Below are positions 57,593 to 64,000 of a stretch of DNA of 64,000 nt, one piece after another. Source of the DNA: a virus; IMG/VR virus record IMGVR_UViG_3300047457_000500, positions 32,001-96,000 of that record; one strand, written 5' to 3'. Position 1 is the first letter of the stretch; the number at the start of each line of letters is the position of its first letter. Below the pieces are notes generated by a model. The model saw nothing but the letters and a program-made list of their open reading frames with translations, did not search any database and was not told where the DNA came from. Both the position numbers and the translations under genes were made by a program.

Positions 57593-57666
57593 GGTCCGTT
57601 AGTTCAGTTGGTTAGAACGCTACCCTGTCACGGTAGAGGTCGTCGGTTCAAGTCCGATACGGATCG
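57593..57666 (+). tRNA. tRNA-Asp(GTC)
   Basis: CTACC-CTGTCAC-GGTAG; GGTTCAAGTCC. Confidence 0.9.
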
Positions 57667-57667
57667 C

Positions 57668-57738
57668 TGGAACATAGTGTAGTGGTAGCACAACGGATTC
57701 CAAACCCGTTAGTGTGGGTTCGATTCCTACTGTTCCTG
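57668..57738 (+). tRNA. tRNA-Trp(CCA)
   Basis: ACGG.-TTCCAAA-.CCGT; GGTTCGATTCC; 1:72 mismatch. Confidence 0.85.
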
Positions 57739-57742
57739 CAAT

Positions 57743-57814
57743 GGCACTATCGTCTATCGGTTAGGACATCGCCCTTTCACGGCGGAAAGACGGGTTCGAT
57801 TCCCGTTAGTGCTG
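57743..57814 (+). tRNA. tRNA-Glu(TTC)
   Basis: TCGCC-CTTTCAC-GGCGG; GGTTCGATTCCC. Confidence 0.9.
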
Positions 57815-57815
57815 C

Positions 57816-57848
57816 GGGTTGTCGTAGGTTCAAATCCTACAGGAGGCT
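57816..57848 (+). pseudogene. tRNA 3'-half remnant
   Basis: GTAGG-TTCAAAT-CCTAC T-arm plus AGGAGGC acceptor strand; no 5' half. Confidence 0.65.
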
Positions 57849-57874
57849 CTGGTATAATTTTAAAAAGGAGAATT

Positions 57875-58096
57875 ATGAGACCAGGAATGATAGTCATGAT
57901 AACTGACGAAGGACAGTATAATAAAAAGGCTGCAGAAATTATATCTTCTGTAGATGATGATTTTACTGTGAAGGTTTGTGACACTAGCGAAACAATAGTT
58001 TTAAAATCTAGTAGTTTAAAAAGAAGAAAACTATGTGTTTGTAATACATCAAAGAGCAAGCCATTTTGTGATGGCTCGCACTCTGGTTTATTTTAA
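57875..58096 (+). CDS. SH3-like plus CDGSH iron-sulfur domain protein
   Basis: C-terminal LCVCNTSKSKPFCDGSH; SD AAGGAG before ATG 57875. Confidence 0.75.
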   Translation: MRPGMIVMITDEGQYNKKAAEIISSVDDDFTVKVCDTSETIVLKSSSLKRRKLCVCNTSKSKPFCDGSHSGLF

Positions 58097-58848
58097 TTCA
58101 TAGTGTTATACTTTCCATCTATTACGATGCAGACTTGATCTAATATGTTTCTTGGCTCATTGTTAAAGTATAATCTTAGTCCATCTAATGTATCATGTAT
58201 AACTTTTTCGTTATTCATTGTTAGATTATAACAAAGAGCAGCCCTTCTTGTTTTTCCCAATATAGAAATTGCTTCTTCCAAAAAGTTTGGTATCTCATCA
58301 TGAAATTCTTGACCACGTTTTGCATTTCTTAGCATCAAAACCATTGGGTATCTATAATCTTTTCTTTCTTCTAAAAACAATAACCTTTCATCTTTAACAA
58401 AAGGCAAAAATGATTCAAATATAAAGTTATGCATGGTACCTGTAACTGCAACTGCTGCCATTACAACAGATGGTCCTGGAGTAGATGTAATATGTATTCC
58501 TTCTGATATGCATCTCTTTACAATTCTAGCGCCTGGATCAGCAACGCCTGGCATTCCCTCATCTGATATTAAATATACATCTTCTCCACTTTTTAATATA
58601 GACAAAACCTTTTCCATATTGTGTAATTCATATGCTTCTCCTGGCTCACCACCATCTGAATCATATTCTATTGATATTGTGTTTACGTTAGGCTTTTGCA
58701 TCCCTAGTGCTGGCCAAATTCTTTCAAATGCTTCTTCTCTTTCAATTACTATATTTTTTGCATCTTTAATATATTGATATGCTCTATTAGACATATCATC
58801 CCAGTTGCCTACGGGTAATCCAACTAAAAAAAGTTTTCCATATTTCAT
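58093..58848 (-). CDS. rsmI: RsmI-like (tetrapyrrole methylase family) methyltransferase
   Basis: GKLFLVGLPVGNWDDMS.RA, ISDEGMPGVADPG, PGPS, FIFESFLP, LT...E. Confidence 0.75.
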   Translation of the reverse strand: MKYGKLFLVGLPVGNWDDMSNRAYQYIKDAKNIVIEREEAFERIWPALGMQKPNVNTISIEYDSDGGEPGEAYELHNMEKVLSILKSGEDVYLISDEGMPGVADPGARIVKRCISEGIHITSTPGPSVVMAAVAVTGTMHNFIFESFLPFVKDERLLFLEERKDYRYPMVLMLRNAKRGQEFHDEIPNFLEEAISILGKTRRAALCYNLTMNNEKVIHDTLDGLRLYFNNEPRNILDQVCIVIDGKYNTMN

Positions 58849-58882
58849 ATATCAAGTATACACCATGTGATACAATGATTTA

Positions 58883-59464
58883 ATGATAGTAGATAAAGAG
58901 TTTTTATCTTTAGAAGAGGTAACGCATTTAAAAAATGTTATGTGCGAAGATCCAAAATGGAATTTTCCATGGATATTTCATAAATCTACAAATATAAAAA
59001 CAGATAATTATGCAATCTTAGATGGCGACAATATAGTTGATAGTCCACAGTTTGTCCATATGGCTATGTTTAATAAACAAAAACAATCTCCTTTTGCAGA
59101 TAACTGTATATCCATATTAAATCAATTTGCTAAAAAAAATAATATAAGAGTTGATGATATTATTAGAATTAAAGCAAATATGATATTAAAAAATTGTGAT
59201 GCTGGAATACATTATCCACATGTAGATGCAGATAAAGATCATCTAGTATTCTTGTACTATGTAAATGATTCAGATGGAGATACAATATTTTTTAATGAAA
59301 AATATGACGGTTCTAAAATAGATAATTTAACTGTTATGTCTAGAGTATCTCCAGAATCTGGAAAGGCTGTAGTATTTGACGGAAGAACATACCATGCATC
59401 TTCAAGCCCCTCAATAGGTGATTATAGGTGTGTTATTAATATAGACTTTATAGGAAGTTTGTGA
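58883..59464 (+). CDS. 2OG-Fe(II) oxygenase
   Basis: RIKAN...PHVD...LYYVNDSDGDT...FDG..YHASSSP...R.VINI. Confidence 0.85.
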   Translation: MIVDKEFLSLEEVTHLKNVMCEDPKWNFPWIFHKSTNIKTDNYAILDGDNIVDSPQFVHMAMFNKQKQSPFADNCISILNQFAKKNNIRVDDIIRIKANMILKNCDAGIHYPHVDADKDHLVFLYYVNDSDGDTIFFNEKYDGSKIDNLTVMSRVSPESGKAVVFDGRTYHASSSPSIGDYRCVINIDFIGSL

Positions 59465-59477
59465 TATAATATTAATG

Positions 59478-59527
59478 TACCTGCCCAAAGGGGGGTATAA
59501 AATGACTCGCTTAACAAGGAGAAAATA
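59478..59527 (+). promoter_or_regulatory. ROSE-like RNA thermometer leader of hsp20
   Basis: 5' hairpin, then CTCGCTT-AAC-AAGGAG (U(U/C)GCU opposite the SD with a bulged G); TGATATAAT promoter just upstream. Confidence 0.6.
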
Positions 59528-59947
59528 ATGGTAAGTTCATTTGCATTGGATCTATTTAAGGATCCATTTTTTATTGGTTTCAACAGAGAGTTGGACCGTC
59601 TTTCAAATATCCATCGTGAGGCAACTCGTCAATCTTATCCACCATACGATGTGGTAAAACTTGATGAGGACACTTACAAACTATCTTTGGCACTTGCTGG
59701 CTTTAGCAAGTATGAGGTAGAGGTTTCTGTGGATAATGGAAGTTTAATTATCAAGGGTGAGAAAGCCGAAGAGGACTCAACTAACGTCCTACATAAGGGT
59801 ATCGCAACTCGTAAGTTCACACGCACCTTTGCTCTTGGAGAGTATATGGAGGTTGATCGTGCTGAAATGGCAGACGGTATTCTTAGCGTCTTTGTGGAAA
59901 GAAACATCCCCGAAGAAAAGAAACCAAAAACTATCAAAATCAAGTAA
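59528..59947 (+). CDS. hsp20: Small heat shock protein (Hsp20/IbpA family)
   Basis: YPPYD, LALAGF, LHKGIATRKFTRTF.L, A.MADGIL, PEEKKPKTIKI. Confidence 0.92.
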   Translation: MVSSFALDLFKDPFFIGFNRELDRLSNIHREATRQSYPPYDVVKLDEDTYKLSLALAGFSKYEVEVSVDNGSLIIKGEKAEEDSTNVLHKGIATRKFTRTFALGEYMEVDRAEMADGILSVFVERNIPEEKKPKTIKIK

Positions 59948-59968
59948 GTAACAGTATTGTCATACTGA

Positions 59969-59995
59969 CCACCTGAGCATGTGGATAAACTGCTC
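59969..59995 (+). ncRNA. H-type pseudoknot motif, copy 4
   Basis: CCAC-CTGAGCAT-GTGG-ATAAAC-TGCTC. Confidence 0.75.
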
Positions 59996-60018
59996 ATTTG
60001 CCATGCTATAATATTCTT

Positions 60019-60336
60019 ATGCCATATCATGTAGGTGCTAAAGGTTCCCATGGATGTTCTGGATACCCTGCTGTAAAAGACACAGGAGAGGTTATGGGGT
60101 GCCATAAAACTCGTGCTGATGCTGCAGGACAAATCTATGCAATCAATAGGTCTGAAGGCAATATAAAGTCTTTAAATAATGAATGCTGCCCAGATGAAGT
60201 AGAAAAGAAAGCCCCTTGTTGGGAAGGATATGTTCAGCGTGGCATGAAAGAAAAAAATGGCAAGATGGTACCCAACTGTATTCCAGTAGAGAAAACAATT
60301 TGGGAAGGTTCAGCCTTCGATAGAAAGAAAAGATAA
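60019..60336 (+). CDS. Hypothetical protein (GCH.T...A..Q..A and CW.GY...K.VPNC motifs)
   Basis: Leaderless ATG 6 nt after TGCTATAAT. Confidence 0.6.
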   Translation: MPYHVGAKGSHGCSGYPAVKDTGEVMGCHKTRADAAGQIYAINRSEGNIKSLNNECCPDEVEKKAPCWEGYVQRGMKEKNGKMVPNCIPVEKTIWEGSAFDRKKR

Positions 60337-60488
60337 TGTCAAAAAGAAAATCATCTGGTAAATTTAGATCTAAGCATCCTTTTAATCCAATACAAATCAA
60401 AGATGGAATGATTGTTCGTCTTCGTAAAGATGGAACAATTAAAGCAGTTCTTGGTAAGTATGGCGAATATGGTAAAAATACTAAATAG
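60336..60488 (+). CDS. Basic 50-aa protein
   Basis: MSKRKSSGKFRSKHPFNPIQIKDGMIVRLRKDG...; TAATG coupling. Confidence 0.55.
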   Translation: MSKRKSSGKFRSKHPFNPIQIKDGMIVRLRKDGTIKAVLGKYGEYGKNTK

Positions 60489-61245
60489 TTATTTTTTGAT
60501 TTGTAATTCCATCAACGACTAAGCATAAATTACCCAAAACTTTATTATTTAATAAATACTCTTCTATATCTTTTAGCAATCCCCTTATTACTTTTTGTTT
60601 TGAAGTTGTTAGATCTATGCAAAGTACAGCACGTCGGTCTTCTCCAAAAAAAGAAATACATTCTTTAATAAAAACATCAGCATCAAAACAGTTATGTATC
60701 ATATGAATTTTATCGTCACTGTCTATAGGTCTAGTGTTTGGGTTATGTAAAAGAAAGATCATTGGTGCAGGTGATGTTTGTAAAAATTTAAATTTTTCAT
60801 GTCTGTCAGAGTTTGTATTAGACATAAATCCTTCAAATATAAAGTTGTTCAGAACATTGCATACAGATGCTGCTGCTACTACAGTGGATGGGCCAGGAGT
60901 TGTTACTATTTCTATATTATTTTTTATTGCTTCTTTTACTAATATTTCACCAGGATCTGCTAAACCAGGCATTCCTTCATCTGATATTATATAAACATCT
61001 TCTCCACCTTTAAGCAATGAAATAATTTTTTCTTTAATATTCATTTCTCTGTTATTGTTTAAAGAAAAGCATATGTCTATTAATTCTGCACTATAATAAA
61101 AATTATTTAAATTACAATATTCCTTAAACCTATCTATATCTTCAACACAAATATATTTAGCGTCAGAAAAAGCGTCCAGCAGTCTTTTGGAAACATCTAA
61201 ACTATTCCCTATTGGGGATCCAATTAGATATAACTTACCATACAT
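60481..61245 (-). CDS. rsmI: Second RsmI-like methyltransferase
   Basis: GKLYLIGSPIGN..DVS.R, ICVED, ISDEGMPGLADPG, PGPS, FIFEGF. Confidence 0.75.
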   Translation of the reverse strand: MYGKLYLIGSPIGNSLDVSKRLLDAFSDAKYICVEDIDRFKEYCNLNNFYYSAELIDICFSLNNNREMNIKEKIISLLKGGEDVYIISDEGMPGLADPGEILVKEAIKNNIEIVTTPGPSTVVAAASVCNVLNNFIFEGFMSNTNSDRHEKFKFLQTSPAPMIFLLHNPNTRPIDSDDKIHMIHNCFDADVFIKECISFFGEDRRAVLCIDLTTSKQKVIRGLLKDIEEYLLNNKVLGNLCLVVDGITNQKITI

Positions 61246-61414
61246 CTCGCAAATTACTTTCTTTTAAATACTTTTTAAATAACTGCATTAACTCATCAGC
61301 ATATTTATCGTAATCGATATCTAATATAAGATTTCCATCTATTAATTTGTGTACTTTAATTTCTTTTCCTATATTAAATAATACTTCTTTTATAGAGTCT
61401 TCTACATTTTTCAT
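61235..61414 (-). CDS. Hypothetical protein
   Basis: MKNVEDSIKEVLF...; starts right after the upstream stop. Confidence 0.5.
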   Translation of the reverse strand: MKNVEDSIKEVLFNIGKEIKVHKLIDGNLILDIDYDKYADELMQLFKKYLKESNLRDVW

Positions 61415-61415
61415 A

Positions 61416-62078
61416 TTAGTAAAAAGTACTTGGATCTGGATGCATATCATAATATTCAGAAAAGAATCTATTTCTTTCATGAAGTATTTGATCTTGATGA
61501 TCATCATAAGGCACATCTTCTACATATTCTAAATGACAGAATATCATGTCCTGATGGCTACCTGATTTTAATTCTTTCTTTCTTCTCCAATGAGGTTGTT
61601 GTGTTCCAGCAAAAACCAATGCTTGGTTGTCTTCTAGAAAATATTCTACATCTTCTACTACTACGCCCCACTCTTCGTCTGCTCTAATTTGTATGTCAAA
61701 GGTTATTCTTTGCTTATCTCTCATGTCTGTGTGCGGGAATAATTTAGTCATCCATCCATACTCCATGCTATATCTAGCAAATGAGTGATCATCAACCAGT
61801 CTAACATTATCACCCAAAGATCTTTTTACTGCTTCGTTTATTTTGTCTTTAATCCTTGGGCCTAAATCTATATGCCATGCTTTCATCCCGCCCCATTTTT
61901 GGATCTGAGTTTTATCCTCTGGAGTATTGTTTACAATTTCATATAAATGCTCTATATCTTCTTTTGAGAAAATATTATCTACAATAAATGGAACAAAATC
62001 TTGATTTGATATAGGTTCTTGAGATTTTTTGAGTTCCATGTATTTCTCATATGCTGGGCCTTTGACTGGTTCTTTCAT
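61416..62078 (-). CDS. 2OG-Fe(II) oxygenase-like (H.D...HWR family)
   Basis: ARY...LFPHTD...TFDIQ...W...NQALVFAGTQQPHWR. Confidence 0.65.
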   Translation of the reverse strand: MKEPVKGPAYEKYMELKKSQEPISNQDFVPFIVDNIFSKEDIEHLYEIVNNTPEDKTQIQKWGGMKAWHIDLGPRIKDKINEAVKRSLGDNVRLVDDHSFARYSMEYGWMTKLFPHTDMRDKQRITFDIQIRADEEWGVVVEDVEYFLEDNQALVFAGTQQPHWRRKKELKSGSHQDMIFCHLEYVEDVPYDDHQDQILHERNRFFSEYYDMHPDPSTFY

Positions 62079-62113
62079 AATACTTTATTATATCATAGTG
62101 TATAATCATTATT

Positions 62114-62872
62114 ATGCCATTAACAGACGAGCAAAAACGTATAACTGAGCAGGTTGAAAAAAATAGCGGTATGTCAAAAAAAATAGTAGAATCTTTTTCT
62201 TTAGATGAAATTAGAAAATTAAATAAGGATGAAATAGAGGATCCACGAGAACTAAGTCAGGATCAATTAGATGGTGCACTACTTTTTAAATCAAGGGAAG
62301 AGTATATCAAAAGCCTAAAAAAAGGATTAAGATATATGGAGGTTGGAGTTGCCTGGGGATATTATTCTGAATTAGTTTGTGAAAGCGCCAAACCATCGGT
62401 TATTGATTTGGTTTGTAGGTTTGATCAGGATATGAAATGTTGGTCATGGAGAAGGTTTGGCGAATGCCAATGTAAGCCTATAAAGCATACATATGATTTT
62501 TCTGCTGAAGAATCAGAAGATTTTATTAAAAATAAATTTTTAAAATACGGAAACGTTACAACATATAAAGGGGATGCAGAAGATATTCTTCCAACCTTTA
62601 TAGGCAGAGAGTATGACTATATATACATAGACATTCATAATGGAAGAGCAGCAACAAGAAAAGTTTTATCAGACTCTTCTAAATTAATTCCAATTGGTGG
62701 AATAATAGGACTAAATGATTATTTAATTTATGATGGAATAATAGATGGAGTTCAATATGGAACATATCAAACAGTAAATGAATTTTTACACTACAATAAA
62801 AATTGGTCTGTTAATGCACTCGCTCTTCATAAATTAGGATTTTATGATATCTATCTTAGGAGAGATTGGTGA
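62114..62872 (+). CDS. Class I SAM-dependent methyltransferase (Methyltransf_24-like)
   Basis: MEVGVAWGYYS, YDYIYID, GGIIGLNDY, VNEF. Confidence 0.75.
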   Translation: MPLTDEQKRITEQVEKNSGMSKKIVESFSLDEIRKLNKDEIEDPRELSQDQLDGALLFKSREEYIKSLKKGLRYMEVGVAWGYYSELVCESAKPSVIDLVCRFDQDMKCWSWRRFGECQCKPIKHTYDFSAEESEDFIKNKFLKYGNVTTYKGDAEDILPTFIGREYDYIYIDIHNGRAATRKVLSDSSKLIPIGGIIGLNDYLIYDGIIDGVQYGTYQTVNEFLHYNKNWSVNALALHKLGFYDIYLRRDW

Positions 62873-63759
62873 GTTTAGATAAAGATTATATATTAAAAAA
62901 AGACATTTCTAATCAAGGAATGTCTAATACAATATCAAATGAATTTGATTTATCTTGGCATAAAGGAAGTAATGTTTTTGAAGAAACTATAACCAAATCT
63001 GAAATTAAAACTAACGTTATAGATGACAAAACTGTTTTATATAAATATAATTCAAATTTTTTTAGATCTAGTGAATTTACAACAAATCCTTCAAGACCAC
63101 ATATTTTATTTGCTGGATGTTCGCAAACCGAAGGCATAGGCGGTAATCTAGAAACTGTTTGGCCAACCATTTTTTTACAAAACTCTAATGTTGAAGACAA
63201 GACATTGTACAGTTTAGCCAGGTCTGGTTGGGGATGGCAAATGATAATAGATAATATAAGAATATATATACGTGAGTATAGTAAACCAGATTATATTTTT
63301 ATTCTGTTGCCAAACATATCTAGAAGGTTTGAATTTGACACAATAAACAATAACGACTATTGCTATATGCAAAGGTATCCGAAGTCATCTGGTGGCCCTT
63401 CGGAAAAAGAAGACATAGGTATTTTATCTAAAAATGAATATTTTGAATCACTTATGAATTTTGTTGTTGGTTGGAGACTTTTTATAGATTACTGCAATTC
63501 AAATAATATCAAAATTTTGTGGTCTACTTGGTACTTTAATGATTTAGAAAATTTAAAAACATTAAAAATGATAGATAGTTCATATGTGCCCATGAATATA
63601 GATGATCAAGTAGATTATGTTGCAACCCAATATCAATCAGGGTGGCAAAAAACTGAGCATGACTTAAAGAAAAGAGATGGTCATGCTGGTACATTAATTA
63701 ATATGTATTATGCTAATTGCTTTTTAAAAACAGCAAAGGAGAAATGGAATGTTTTTTAA
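62866..63759 (+). CDS. SGNH-like protein
   Basis: YKYNSNFFRS, AGCSQTEG, DGH.G. Confidence 0.55.
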   Translation: MVSLDKDYILKKDISNQGMSNTISNEFDLSWHKGSNVFEETITKSEIKTNVIDDKTVLYKYNSNFFRSSEFTTNPSRPHILFAGCSQTEGIGGNLETVWPTIFLQNSNVEDKTLYSLARSGWGWQMIIDNIRIYIREYSKPDYIFILLPNISRRFEFDTINNNDYCYMQRYPKSSGGPSEKEDIGILSKNEYFESLMNFVVGWRLFIDYCNSNNIKILWSTWYFNDLENLKTLKMIDSSYVPMNIDDQVDYVATQYQSGWQKTEHDLKKRDGHAGTLINMYYANCFLKTAKEKWNVF

Positions 63760-63833
63760 AAAAATATACAGAAAATTTAAAAAGTGGAACTATATGAGAA
63801 GATTAAAAAAGCAACTAAAAGATCCACCAAACT

Positions 63834-64000
63834 TTATTTACTAACTAAAAAACATCTTATTGCATATTTTTTGCCAGACACTATTGGGTTTGACCTATGT
63901 GTATAAGGCCAGTTAGAAGGAAACATAATCAGACTATTTTTAGGAGGTGTAATTTTAATATCAAAATGTTTAAATTCTAATTCTCCACCTTCATAATCAT
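63834..64000 (-). CDS. 2OG-Fe(II) oxygenase, C-terminal part (runs off the right end)
   Basis: Manual translation: DYEGGELEF...LIMFPSNWPYTHRSNPIVSGKKY. Confidence 0.8.
   Translation of the reverse strand, partial: DYEGGELEFKHFDIKITPPKNSLIMFPSNWPYTHRSNPIVSGKKYAIRCFLVSK

Noticed and set aside
57054-58059. ORFs overlapping the tRNA cluster (57054, 57290, 57682, 57754)
   Set aside because: Spurious translations of tRNA genes
1-64000. Alternative genetic code or stop-codon reassignment
   Set aside because: Long conserved genes read through intact with the standard code; no suppressor tRNA seen

Overview
A 64-kb internal segment of a large, AT-rich tailed dsDNA phage of siphovirus type. It contains a tape measure gene, an HK97-type capsid, portal and prohead protease; no terminase or integrase is visible in the window. 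The host is most likely an actinobacterium (inference from the short-variable-arm tRNA-Leu(UAA), AGAAAGGA Shine-Dalgarno sequences, many leaderless genes, and Crp/WhiA-like boxes). Layout: 1-36.5 kb is a minus-strand virion module, interrupted by class II RNR (nrdJ), oxygenases and a plus-strand SLT muralytic gene. 36.7-41.3 kb and 52.7-64 kb are accessory enzyme regions with about 10 2OG-Fe(II) oxygenase-like genes across the window, 4 SGNH-like genes, 2 RsmI-like methyltransferases, Hsp20, a CDGSH protein and an 8-tRNA cluster. 41.6-52.1 kb is a divergent early region of small genes with a dense regulatory grammar. The strongest candidates for undescribed systems are: (i) a non-coding RNA layer, with hairpins whose loops are antisense to early-gene ribosome-binding sites, a four-copy covarying 3'-UTR H-type pseudoknot, a ROSE-like leader and an unassigned structured RNA inside the tRNA cluster; (ii) two unrelated carrier proteins (FN3 and PASTA) sharing a C-terminal (FGVFGFSP)n-FNFAPWG tail, one directly upstream of two oxygenases; and (iii) early promoters built from Crp boxes, a fixed-position TGTCAG element, GACAC motifs and DnaA boxes. 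All product calls come from motif recognition by eye; no searches were run.
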